Translations under genes and position numbers: made by a program
From: an uncultured Candidatus Saccharibacteria bacterium
Lineage (GTDB): Bacteria; Patescibacteriota; Andersenbacteria; UBA10190
Assembly (NCBI GenBank): GCA_964610055.1
Contig: CAZSUC010000002.1
Span: forward strand, 18,283-82,282
Direction of reading: 5' to 3'
DNA: 64,000 nt
In this document: positions 17,656-26,201 of the stretch, piece by piece
How positions within the stretch are numbered: the stretch's first letter is position 1
How the letters are laid out: the number at the start of each line of letters is the position of its first letter
The notes under the pieces: generated by a model
Told to the model about the DNA's origin: nothing
Databases searched by the model: none
What the model saw: only the letters and a program-made list of their open reading frames with translations

Positions 17656-18822
17656 ATGCGCAATATGAGAATGTGGGTGAGTGGATTGATGGGGATATTA
17701 TTTTTTTTGATACCGATAGTAGCCGGGGCGCAAATAATGGAAGATGATCAGAATGATGTTATAGAGCTACCAGAGACAGAATTGATTGATCCGGCTTTGA
17801 CAACGATCGGGGGAACAGAAAAATATTATCGGGGTGTAGTAGTGCGGGTTTTAGAGGAAAGAGAAGAAGATTTAGGGTTAGCGAATAATAGGTCGCATTT
17901 GCAGAAAGTATTAGTTCAAATTCAAGAGGGAGATCGAGAAGGAGAAGAGGTTACGGTGGAGTATGGAAGTTTATCGGAGGCGCAAAAATTATCAGAAGGA
18001 ATGCGAGTGATTGTTGTTGATCCGGCTAATGTTGAAGTGTTTATTTTCGATCGTTATCGTTTGCCGATGATTGGTTGGATTGCGGCGTTATGCGCGATTT
18101 TGGTTGTCATTTTTGTAGGAAGAAAAGGATTAGGAGCAATGCTGGGATTAGTGATTAGTATTGTCGTGCTGTTAACTTATGTAGTGCCGAGAATTATTGC
18201 GGGAGCAAATCCTTTTGGAGTAAGTGTTATGGCGGCTTTAATAATTTCAGTGGTGTCGATTTATTTTGCGCATGGATTTAATCGAAGGACGAGTGTCGCG
18301 ATTTTGAGTACATTAGTGACGGTGGTGTTGGCGATGGGATTAGCACAGTTATTTGTGCAGTGGGCGCGTTTAACGGGAGCAGGAAGCGAAGAAGCGTTTT
18401 TCTTGCAAACTTCGGCAGCGTCTTTTGTAAACTTACGTGGATTGTTGTTAGGTGGAATTATTATTGGTGTTTTGGGGATTTTGGATGATATTACGACAGC
18501 GCAGGCAGCAGCAGTAGATGAAATTTGGCAAACCGATCCAACGATAGCGAGGCGAGAATTATATCGACGAGGAGCATCAGTCGGACGAGAACACATTACA
18601 TCATTAATTAATACTTTAGCTTTAGCCTATGCAGGGGCTTCTTTTCCTGCGTTATTGCTATTTACAATATATGAACGGCCATGGTGGGTAGTTGCAAACA
18701 CAGAAAATATTGCTGAGGAAATTATTCGAACATTGGTTGGAAGCATAGCTTTGATGGCAGCTGTGCCAATTACAACTTTGTTAGCAGTGTATTTGATTCC
18801 TAAAAGAAGAAGGCAAGCATGA
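17656..18822 (+). CDS. YibE/F family membrane protein
   Basis: GILDDIT, GREHITSLINTLALAYAG and EEIIRTLVGSI motifs. Confidence 0.9.
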   Translation: MRNMRMWVSGLMGILFFLIPIVAGAQIMEDDQNDVIELPETELIDPALTTIGGTEKYYRGVVVRVLEEREEDLGLANNRSHLQKVLVQIQEGDREGEEVTVEYGSLSEAQKLSEGMRVIVVDPANVEVFIFDRYRLPMIGWIAALCAILVVIFVGRKGLGAMLGLVISIVVLLTYVVPRIIAGANPFGVSVMAALIISVVSIYFAHGFNRRTSVAILSTLVTVVLAMGLAQLFVQWARLTGAGSEEAFFLQTSAASFVNLRGLLLGGIIIGVLGILDDITTAQAAAVDEIWQTDPTIARRELYRRGASVGREHITSLINTLALAYAGASFPALLLFTIYERPWWVVANTENIAEEIIRTLVGSIALMAAVPITTLLAVYLIPKRRRQA

Positions 18823-19478
18823 TTAATTTGAAAAAATCAGTACCATATCGGGATTATTTGTTGTTAGATATGAATATCGTAGTGCGCTCTTTGGTATTAT
18901 CAGATGTCGTGTGGATGTCAGCGATCGGAATGTTAGGGCCAGTGTTTGCTCTGTTTATTGAGGATTATATTGAAGGAGGTAATGCAGCGACTGCAGGCAC
19001 AGCGGCGGCGATATATTTGATTGCGAAGAGTGTGTTTCAGATTCCAGTGGCGGGGTGGATTGATCGGATTCGAGGAGAAAAAGATGACTTTTGGTTGATG
19101 TGGGGTGGATCAATTATTGCGGCTTTAGTACCAATTCTGTACCTATTTATTCATACGGCTGCCCAGCTATATGTGATTCAGTTTTTTTATGGTGTAGCAG
19201 TTGCGCTGACATTTCCGCCATATATGGCGATCTTTACGCGGCATGTTGATCGGCATAAAGAAGGAACGGAATGGGGGGTATATTATACTTTGAGTGATTT
19301 AGTAGGAGCGGCGACGGCAACAATTGGTGGCGTGGTAGCGGTGACAATAGGGTTTAAGCAATTAATATTTGGTGTGGTGGCGGCTAGTATTATTGGGGTC
19401 ATGTTGTTATGGCCGATTCAATATCATTTGCGACAGATACCGAAAAATAAGCGGAGTAAACAGCGGCGGCGCAAGTAG
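18819..19478 (+). CDS. MFS-like transporter, half-size (about 6 TM)
   Basis: G(W)IDRIRG motif-A-like sequence; only 219 aa. Confidence 0.75.
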   Translation: MINLKKSVPYRDYLLLDMNIVVRSLVLSDVVWMSAIGMLGPVFALFIEDYIEGGNAATAGTAAAIYLIAKSVFQIPVAGWIDRIRGEKDDFWLMWGGSIIAALVPILYLFIHTAAQLYVIQFFYGVAVALTFPPYMAIFTRHVDRHKEGTEWGVYYTLSDLVGAATATIGGVVAVTIGFKQLIFGVVAASIIGVMLLWPIQYHLRQIPKNKRSKQRRRK

Positions 19479-19490
19479 GCGAATTTCAAG

Positions 19491-20549
19491 ATGGATAAAT
19501 TTAACTATCAATATGATTTACCGGAAAACCTGATTGCTAAACATCCGATGTTGCCACGTGACGCGGCTCGATTATTGATGTATGACACGGCAACGGATGT
19601 GGTTAAGGAGGATATTTTTGCTAATTTAGATATTTATTTGCCGGAAGGTGTTTTATTGGTCATGAATGATACGAAAGTGGTGCCAGCAAGAATTGATCTG
19701 TTTAAAGTAACTGGAGGGCGAGTAGAAGCTTTGTTTTTAGTTAATGAATGGAACGGAGCAGGATCAATACCGACTTTGTTAAGTCGTGGGGTGAATACGG
19801 GAGCTAGACTCCAATTAGCTGGAGGCAAAAGTTTTAAGGTGGTATCTCAGAGCGGTAAAATATTTGAGTTGCAGCCAGAGTTTGAAGCGCATGAAATATG
19901 GGAAATTTTAGATAATGACGGCAAGATGCCAATTCCAAAATATATTAAGGGGTCAACTTTGTCGGAAAGTGAATTGAGACAAGAATATCAAAGTGTGTTC
20001 GGAAAACAAGTTGCTTCGGTTGCAGCACCGACGGCTTCTTTGCACTTTACGTCTGAAGTATTGCGTAGGTGCGAAAAACGAAACATACAAATTGCGTTTA
20101 TAACATTGCATGTTGGATTAGGCACGTTTGCACCTCTAACAGCGCAAAATTTAAGAACTAATAAATTGCATCGAGAGCGTTTTCAAATTAGGAGTACGGT
20201 GGCTCAAAGCATTAAACAGTATAAAGATGCTAATAAGCCGGTTGTGGCGGTAGGGACAACTGTAACACGGGCGCTGGAAGCGGCGGCAAGTGAGATACTG
20301 GATTCGAGAAAAAGTAATAACGCTGATTTGGTTGGAATGACAGATATATTTATTCGACCGTCGTATCAGTTCAAAATAGTAGATGCATTAATTACAAATT
20401 TTCATTTACCAGCAAGTTCATTAATGATGATGGTGCAAGCGTTGTTGGCACAAAAGCGAGCGCAACGTAGTTTGGTTGAATTATATGAACTGGCAGTTAA
20501 CAAACAGTATAGATTTTATTCTTTTGGTGACGGAATGCTGATTAAGTAG
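19491..20549 (+). CDS. queA: S-adenosylmethionine:tRNA ribosyltransferase-isomerase
   Basis: NDTKVVPAR, SVAAPTASLHF, LHVGLGTF, TNFHLP, YRFYSFGDGM. Confidence 0.93.
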   Translation: MDKFNYQYDLPENLIAKHPMLPRDAARLLMYDTATDVVKEDIFANLDIYLPEGVLLVMNDTKVVPARIDLFKVTGGRVEALFLVNEWNGAGSIPTLLSRGVNTGARLQLAGGKSFKVVSQSGKIFELQPEFEAHEIWEILDNDGKMPIPKYIKGSTLSESELRQEYQSVFGKQVASVAAPTASLHFTSEVLRRCEKRNIQIAFITLHVGLGTFAPLTAQNLRTNKLHRERFQIRSTVAQSIKQYKDANKPVVAVGTTVTRALEAAASEILDSRKSNNADLVGMTDIFIRPSYQFKIVDALITNFHLPASSLMMMVQALLAQKRAQRSLVELYELAVNKQYRFYSFGDGMLIK

Positions 20550-20551
20550 AG

Positions 20552-21145
20552 TTAGTCTTTGTGGAAGATATTGCGAAAGAAATTCCGAATGCGACTAAAG
20601 AAACCAACTCGTTCGGTTTGTGGTTCAGGAGAAGGAAGAGCGCTGGAATCAAGAGCAAATGGTTGTCCTTGACCAAAGCTTGGTGACCCATCGGGATTTT
20701 GTCCAAAAGTATTACGATTTTGTTCAGGCATATCGCTTGGCATGGCGTCTTGGCGGATTTCAGTAGCAGTAATAGTGGTGTCAGAGATAGTACCGATAAC
20801 CATAACCATGTCGTCAACGGCTAAATCGGAGATAGTGGCACTAGTGTTGTTTTTGGTAATTTCAGCAGAGCTACCATCAACGGTATATGTTTTTCCAGAA
20901 TCATCATTTGGTCCAAGACCGCGAGTTGTTATAGTTAAGTTGGTTCCGTCAATGGCAGTGATAGTTCCCATAACTCCAGGTGCTTGAGAAGGGCGTTCGC
21001 CTGAAGGAGGATTGTTGCCAGGGGCTTGATCAGGGTTATTCGGTCGAGCGTTATTGCTTTGGGCGTGAGTAGTAGAGACTATTCCTAGGCTTAAGCAACA
21101 AATAGTCGCAAGCGATAAGAGCGAAATTTTGTTTGAAATACACAT
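20552..21145 (-). CDS. secreted DUF5666-like protein with Pro/Gln-rich linkers
   Basis: Signal peptide ending THA; GTITAIDG..TYTVD..SDLAVDDMVMVIG; start moved to ATG 21145. Confidence 0.75.
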   Translation of the reverse strand: MCISNKISLLSLATICCLSLGIVSTTHAQSNNARPNNPDQAPGNNPPSGERPSQAPGVMGTITAIDGTNLTITTRGLGPNDDSGKTYTVDGSSAEITKNNTSATISDLAVDDMVMVIGTISDTTITATEIRQDAMPSDMPEQNRNTFGQNPDGSPSFGQGQPFALDSSALPSPEPQTERVGFFSRIRNFFRNIFHKD

Positions 21146-21193
21146 ACTAAAAATTAAAAGTAAGCTGATAGCGTTAGTATACTCTAGAAATAG

Positions 21194-21210
21194 ATGAAGT
21201 ATATTTGAAG
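21194..21210 (-). promoter_or_regulatory. putative response-regulator direct-repeat box 1
   Basis: ATGAAGTATATTTGAAG; on the minus strand TATACT follows after 12 nt. Confidence 0.6.
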
Positions 21211-21218
21211 ATAAACAA

Positions 21219-21248
21219 CAAACCGCCAGGGGCAAGGCTGGCGGTTTG
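21219..21248 (-). terminator. intrinsic terminator of 21268..21834
   Basis: CAAACCGCCAG/CTGGCGGTTTG 11-bp stem followed by TTGTTT on the minus strand. Confidence 0.75.
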
Positions 21249-21267
21249 AAGCAGTTTAATATTTATG

Positions 21268-21834
21268 TTATTCGGTCGTAGTTTCAGTATCTTGATCGGT
21301 AGGTGGAGTACGGTCTCCGTTAGGACCACCTGGTCCGTGAGGACCGTTAGATCCTGGCCCGCCAGGACCGCCACCAGGGCCAAACGGCAAGAATTCTTCA
21401 GGAATACCGTTATCCGCTGCCCATTGCTTTAGTTCGTCCATGTGTGCAGTCATAGTTGCTTCGCGTTCTTCATCTGACATGTCTTGAAAAGAATCGCGGG
21501 ACTCTTGGAGTTCTTTTTGTTTCGCAATGATTTTATCGGCTTGTTCTTGAGTTAATGTGCCATCAGAGACAGCTTGGGTGAGACGATCCTCAAAATTTTG
21601 ATGTTGAGGACGTTCTGTGTCTTGAGGACGATGTTCATCAAAAACTTGTTGAACATCGTCAGCGCTGAGGCCAAATTTATCGGCGATTGCAGTAACAAGC
21701 TCAGACATTGGGTTGGGCCGATCGCTTTCTTCTTCATCGGCGAAAGCGGTTTGAGCGGTCTGCAAGCCAATGATGGTCGTGAGCCCGAGAGCAAGCATAG
21801 TGCCGGCTACGAGCATGGATTTGTTTGGCTTCAT
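21268..21834 (-). CDS. secreted helical protein with Gly/Pro-rich tail
   Basis: Signal peptide ending AFA; IADKFGL..., LTQAVSDGTLTQEQAD, LKQWAADNGI; GPGG repeats. Confidence 0.8.
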   Translation of the reverse strand: MKPNKSMLVAGTMLALGLTTIIGLQTAQTAFADEEESDRPNPMSELVTAIADKFGLSADDVQQVFDEHRPQDTERPQHQNFEDRLTQAVSDGTLTQEQADKIIAKQKELQESRDSFQDMSDEEREATMTAHMDELKQWAADNGIPEEFLPFGPGGGPGGPGSNGPHGPGGPNGDRTPPTDQDTETTTE

Positions 21835-21862
21835 TAATGTCTAAGTTAAGAATGAGGTAGGA

Positions 21863-22041
21863 GGTAAAGGTGGCGCAACGTGTGGCCGGGAGGATAGCCT
21901 CGTTAGATTTGAAGGTGACGAGGCAAAATCGCAAAGCGTTATCTTTTCCGGGACGAAGCGTCTTTACCGAAGTGTGATATGGAGGACCGCAATACCGTAT
22001 TGGGCTAGCTACCGATACGCGTATATGCCGTCTATGATCAC
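21863..22041. ncRNA. putative structured non-coding element (two domains); functional strand uncertain
   Basis: Nested stems identified by eye over about 180 nt of GC-rich intergenic DNA (see findings). Confidence 0.5.
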
Positions 22042-22064
22042 AATATTAGTATGCTAAATTACCA

Positions 22065-22081
22065 ATGAAGTTAGAGTGAAG
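22065..22081 (-). promoter_or_regulatory. putative response-regulator direct-repeat box 2
   Basis: ATGAAGTTAGAGTGAAG; CATACT 11 nt downstream on the minus strand. Confidence 0.6.
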
Positions 22082-22087
22082 GCAACG

Positions 22088-23137
22088 TTATGATGTAGAA
22101 GAAGCAAGAGGCAAAGAGATTGTAACCGTAGTGCCTTGATTAAGGCGACTGGTAATGTGTACTGAGCCGTTATATGACTGAATGATTGATTGGACGATAG
22201 ACAAGCCGAGGCCGCTGCCACCAGCTGCGCGTGATCGACTTTGATCAGCTCGATAAAAGCGATCAAATAAATGAGGAATGACAGTGTCGGATATACCAAT
22301 ACCGGTATCAGTGATGGTAATTAGAGCGTTATGATTTTGTTGAATGAGATTAACAACAACCTGTCCATTCGGTTTGTTATAGTCGATTCCATTTTTGATC
22401 ACGTTGGTTAGGGCTTGTAAAAGATGTTCGTAGTGCCCTGTCACGGAGATTGGGTCCGGAGCGAGAGAGGTGATTAGTTTAATCTGGCGTTTATTAGCAT
22501 AGGTTGTAAGACGCGAGATGGCGGTAGTAATAGCATGAGTTAAGTCTACGGTTGTGGCAGGGGGTGAAGCGGGATTGTCGTTGTCGAGACGAGAAATTAA
22601 GAGGAGATCATTAACGATTTTACCCATCCGTTTTACTTCTTCCAGATGACTAGTTAATTCAGTTTTAAGCTCTTGATTAAGATGAGGACGCGATAATTCA
22701 TTCTCAAGATCAAGTTGTAAGACAGCTAAAGGAGTACGTAATTCATGAGAAGCGTCACTTAAAAAAGTACGTTGACGGTCATATGCGGCTTGAATAGGAC
22801 GTAAGGTGATGCCGGCGAGCCAATAGCTTAAACCAACGGCACCGATAAAGAGAATACCGTTAGTCATCCAGAGAGAAAAACTAAGTTCTTGTCTGACTTG
22901 GTTACGAGCCAAAGTGTCAATTTGTAAATTAGGTGCAGGAGGGAAGAGAGGGCGATTGTGTAGATTTGATTCAAGTCGACTAGAGAAAAAGGAGTGAGTT
23001 GAGAAGCTAGAAATGGCTAAGATGATTAACAGGAGAATAGCGTATAAAACCGTTAAACGAATACGGGCAGCGTGAAATTGATTGCTTTTATGAGAGCCGG
23101 TAACCTTTGCCGCGAATTGTTTTAATACGTCTTGCAT
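22088..23137 (-). CDS. sensor histidine kinase (HisKA + HATPase_c)
   Basis: Two TMs; DASHELRTPL, NVIKNG, DTGIG, FDRFYR, GSGLGL. Confidence 0.95.
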   Translation of the reverse strand: MQDVLKQFAAKVTGSHKSNQFHAARIRLTVLYAILLLIILAISSFSTHSFFSSRLESNLHNRPLFPPAPNLQIDTLARNQVRQELSFSLWMTNGILFIGAVGLSYWLAGITLRPIQAAYDRQRTFLSDASHELRTPLAVLQLDLENELSRPHLNQELKTELTSHLEEVKRMGKIVNDLLLISRLDNDNPASPPATTVDLTHAITTAISRLTTYANKRQIKLITSLAPDPISVTGHYEHLLQALTNVIKNGIDYNKPNGQVVVNLIQQNHNALITITDTGIGISDTVIPHLFDRFYRADQSRSRAAGGSGLGLSIVQSIIQSYNGSVHITSRLNQGTTVTISLPLASSTS

Positions 23138-23750
23138 ATTGATTAGGTAATTTTTTACGTAAGTTTTTTAGATGAACGTCGACGACGTTGCTTAATGAAT
23201 CATAGAAACTATCCCAAACATGACTTAAGATATCATCTCGGGTTACAACTGTGTTTTGATTGCGTAATAGGTATTCAAGTAAAGCATATTCACGAGCGGT
23301 TAGGTGAATTTCTTTGTTAGCGATGGTAACACGTTGAGCTTGGGTGTCGAGAGTAAGTCCATCAAGAGTCATGATGTCAGGGACAAGTTGATTAGGGCGA
23401 CGAAGAAGACTGCGGATACGAGCGAGTAATTCTTCAAAGGAAAAGGGTTTTGTAAGGTAATCGTCACCACCATGATCTAAGCCAGTGACTTTGTCTTCGA
23501 TCGCATCTTTGGCAGTTAAGAAGAGGATCGGAGTGGTGATTTGGTCGTGGCGTAGATTTTGGCACACGGTTAATCCGTCTCGAAGAGGCATCATAATATC
23601 GAGGATAATAAGATCATAGGGATTACGACGGGCTAATGTTTCACCTGCCACGCCTTCAAAAGCAAAATCGACCGCATATCCTTGGTTTTTTAAGGCTTTA
23701 ACTAGCCCTTTATTTAATTTTGGCTCGTCTTCGACGACTAAAATACGCAT
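23088..23750 (-). CDS. OmpR/PhoB family response regulator
   Basis: LVVEDE, ILDIMMP, DDYLTKPF, LTAREY, TIRGKGY. Confidence 0.96.
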   Translation of the reverse strand: MRILVVEDEPKLNKGLVKALKNQGYAVDFAFEGVAGETLARRNPYDLIILDIMMPLRDGLTVCQNLRHDQITTPILFLTAKDAIEDKVTGLDHGGDDYLTKPFSFEELLARIRSLLRRPNQLVPDIMTLDGLTLDTQAQRVTIANKEIHLTAREYALLEYLLRNQNTVVTRDDILSHVWDSFYDSLSNVVDVHLKNLRKKLPNQYARRIKTIRGKGYRLS

Positions 23751-23776
23751 ATGTTCATGATACTACCTGGGGCGGG

Positions 23777-23793
23777 ATGAAGAATAGCTGAAG
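23777..23793 (-). promoter_or_regulatory. putative response-regulator direct-repeat box 3 (autoregulation)
   Basis: ATGAAGAATAGCTGAAG; TAGTAT/TATCAT 11/14 nt downstream on the minus strand. Confidence 0.6.
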
Positions 23794-23806
23794 AGGGTGG
23801 GTATAG

Positions 23807-24244
23807 CTAATTAGCGGGTCCGTTACCTCCAAAGGGCATGTCCGAATCTGTCGGTATAATTTGAACAGAGGTGGCTGTAGTGCTGCCATCAGCATTTTTT
23901 TCGCCGACTACCATAATTTGACTGCCATCCGTTAGATCACTCAGAGCGCCGTTGGCAGTTTTTTGGTAAGTTGTGCTGCTATTAACGAGAATGATTTGGG
24001 AATTGTTGTTTTGAGTAGTTACTATAATACGACCATCAGCGATTGATTGGATAGAACCGGAAATACGGTTTTCGCTGGTGTCGGCTGGAGCGCCACTACG
24101 AGATGATCCGCTGGGCATGTTACCACCCATTGGTCCGCCATTAGGTTGACCAGAACCAATTAAGGAGCGGCTAAAATATCCGCCGAGACCACCAATGACC
24201 AAACAGGCAATGGCAGTAAGAATGAGACTATTTTTAGGAGTCAT
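23807..24244 (-). CDS. membrane-anchored DUF5666-like protein
   Basis: N-terminal TM; GSIQSIADG..VNSSTTYQK..SDLTDGSQIMVVGEKNADGS; resembles 20552..21145. Confidence 0.8.
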   Translation of the reverse strand: MTPKNSLILTAIACLVIGGLGGYFSRSLIGSGQPNGGPMGGNMPSGSSRSGAPADTSENRISGSIQSIADGRIIVTTQNNNSQIILVNSSTTYQKTANGALSDLTDGSQIMVVGEKNADGSTTATSVQIIPTDSDMPFGGNGPAN

Positions 24245-24265
24245 ATAATAAGTAATTAAGATTAA

Positions 24266-25486
24266 TTATTCGTAACGTAAGGCGACGATTGGTTGTAACT
24301 TAGCAGCACGTTGAGCTGGATAATAGCCAAAGACGATTCCAATGGCACTACTAACCGTGAAGGCAAGGAGAGGCCCGTAGAAGGAAATAGTGATGGGCAT
24401 GCCAAGTAGATTGCTGCCGATAATGGAAATGATAATACCAAGGATAATGCCGATAAGGCCACCGCTCACTGTCAAGACAATAGATTCAACTAAAAACTGG
24501 AGGAGAATGTCTTTGTGCTTGGCGCCGATAGCCTTGCGAATACCAATTTCTCGGGTGCGTTCAGTAATAGTAACGAGCATAATATTCATAATTCCGATAC
24601 CGCCAACGAGAAGTGAAATAGCGGCGATGCCAGAAAGTAAGTTAGTAAATGTGCTGGTAGTTTCACTGACAGTTTCAATGAGATCGGCTTGAGAACGAAT
24701 ACTGAAATCAGCATCATCGACATTAGTAAAACCATGGCGACGAAGTAAAAACCAGCCAACTTCATCCATAGTTTGATCCATGACGTCGGCGCTAGTTGCC
24801 GTGACAGAAATACTACTAACGTAATCGCTGCCAACCAAGAGTTTTTGAGCAGTAGTAATAGGAACGTAAACGCTATCGTCGGAGCTACCGAAACCACCGC
24901 CACCTTTTTCTTCAGTTAAACCAACAACTCGAAAAAGGATGCTGTTGATTTTAATGTTTTGACCAATTGGATTATCGTTTTCAAACAGACTTTCGGCGAC
25001 ATTGGGGCCCAAGACAGCGACGCGGGCAAGATCTTCTATATTTTGTTCGGTGATAAAAGAACCGGATGAAATGGTGATATTGGAAGTGGTGACATGAGAT
25101 GGCATAACGCCAGATATTTGGGCGTTAGTATTGTTTCTTCCGGCTGTGATTTGGAAATTACTGGAAACAGTAGCGCTAACGGCGGAAACGGTGGTTAAGG
25201 ATGTATTAGAAGATAAGGCTTCAACATCATCCATAGTAAGACTATCGGCTGATCCCATGGCACCACGAACACCGCTTTGACTAGAAGCCCCAGGTGAAAT
25301 TGTAAGTAAATTTGATCCAATCGATGATATCTGGTCTGTGACTGAAGTCTGCGCGCTTTGACCAAGAGAGATTAAGCTGACAACAGCGGCAATACCAATA
25401 ACAATGCCTAAAATAGCTAGGCTGGTACGTAGCATGTTAGAAAGTAAGGCATTAAAAGCAGTGGCAGTTGTTTCGCGAATATCCAT
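24266..25486 (-). CDS. MacB/FtsX-family ABC permease
   Basis: LGIVIGIAAV, GGIGIMNIMLVTITERTREIGIRKAIGA, PIVALRYE. Confidence 0.95.
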   Translation of the reverse strand: MDIRETTATAFNALLSNMLRTSLAILGIVIGIAAVVSLISLGQSAQTSVTDQISSIGSNLLTISPGASSQSGVRGAMGSADSLTMDDVEALSSNTSLTTVSAVSATVSSNFQITAGRNNTNAQISGVMPSHVTTSNITISSGSFITEQNIEDLARVAVLGPNVAESLFENDNPIGQNIKINSILFRVVGLTEEKGGGGFGSSDDSVYVPITTAQKLLVGSDYVSSISVTATSADVMDQTMDEVGWFLLRRHGFTNVDDADFSIRSQADLIETVSETTSTFTNLLSGIAAISLLVGGIGIMNIMLVTITERTREIGIRKAIGAKHKDILLQFLVESIVLTVSGGLIGIILGIIISIIGSNLLGMPITISFYGPLLAFTVSSAIGIVFGYYPAQRAAKLQPIVALRYE

Positions 25487-25491
25487 AGATA

Positions 25492-26193
25492 TTATTGAGG
25501 GAAGGGGTGATTAGGGCTAATTGGTATTTGTTCTTTGTCTTCGTAGATAAGGCCGTCACGAAGAGAAATAACACGTTTAGCGTGGGCAGCGATGTCATGT
25601 TCATGTGTAACCATAACTATAGTGTGTCCTTCTTGGTTTAATTGCTGGAAGAGATGCATGATCTCATCTCCTGTTTTAGTGTCGAGGTTACCAGTTGGTT
25701 CATCGGCGAGAATAATACTAGGATCGGTGATTAAGGCGCGAGCGATAGCGACGCGTTGTTTTTGTCCACCAGAGATTTCATTTGGCATTTTTTGAGCTTC
25801 CTTGGTTAAACCAACTAGATCAAGAAGTTTTTGAGCTTTTGCGTTACGATCGTGATCGTTACAGTAGGCGAGTGGCAAGGCAACGTTTTTAAGCAAGCTC
25901 ATGCGAGCTAAGAGATTGAATGCTTGAAAAACGAAACCAATTTTGCGATTACGGATATCAGAGAGACGATCGTCAGTAAGATTTTCAACAGCCTCGCCGT
26001 CTAATTCGTAGGTACCGCTAGTCGGGATATCAAGGGCGCCTAAGATGTGCATCAAGGTTGATTTACCGGATCCGGACGGTCCCATGATAGCGACAAATTC
26101 CTTCGCTTTTATATTAATGGTAACGCCTTTTAGGGCCTGAGTCTTAGTTTCGCCGGTATCGTATGTCTTTGTAATGTTGTTGATCTTGATCAT
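25492..26193 (-). CDS. MacB/LolD-type ABC ATP-binding protein
   Basis: [26 protein letters not shown]. Confidence 0.95.
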   Translation of the reverse strand: MIKINNITKTYDTGETKTQALKGVTINIKAKEFVAIMGPSGSGKSTLMHILGALDIPTSGTYELDGEAVENLTDDRLSDIRNRKIGFVFQAFNLLARMSLLKNVALPLAYCNDHDRNAKAQKLLDLVGLTKEAQKMPNEISGGQKQRVAIARALITDPSIILADEPTGNLDTKTGDEIMHLFQQLNQEGHTIVMVTHEHDIAAHAKRVISLRDGLIYEDKEQIPISPNHPFPQ

Positions 26194-26201
26194 GGCGAAA
26201 T

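Noticed and set aside
21320-21380. GGACC-type short repeats as a possible CRISPR or DNA repeat
   Set aside because: They encode the GPGG low-complexity tail; there is no repeat-spacer periodicity.
21863-22041. Assignment of the structured element as SRP, 6S, tmRNA, RNase P or tRNA
   Set aside because: No SRP GGAA domain-IV motif, no RNase P GAGGAAAGUC, no T-loop or acceptor stem, and it is not a single rod with a central bubble.
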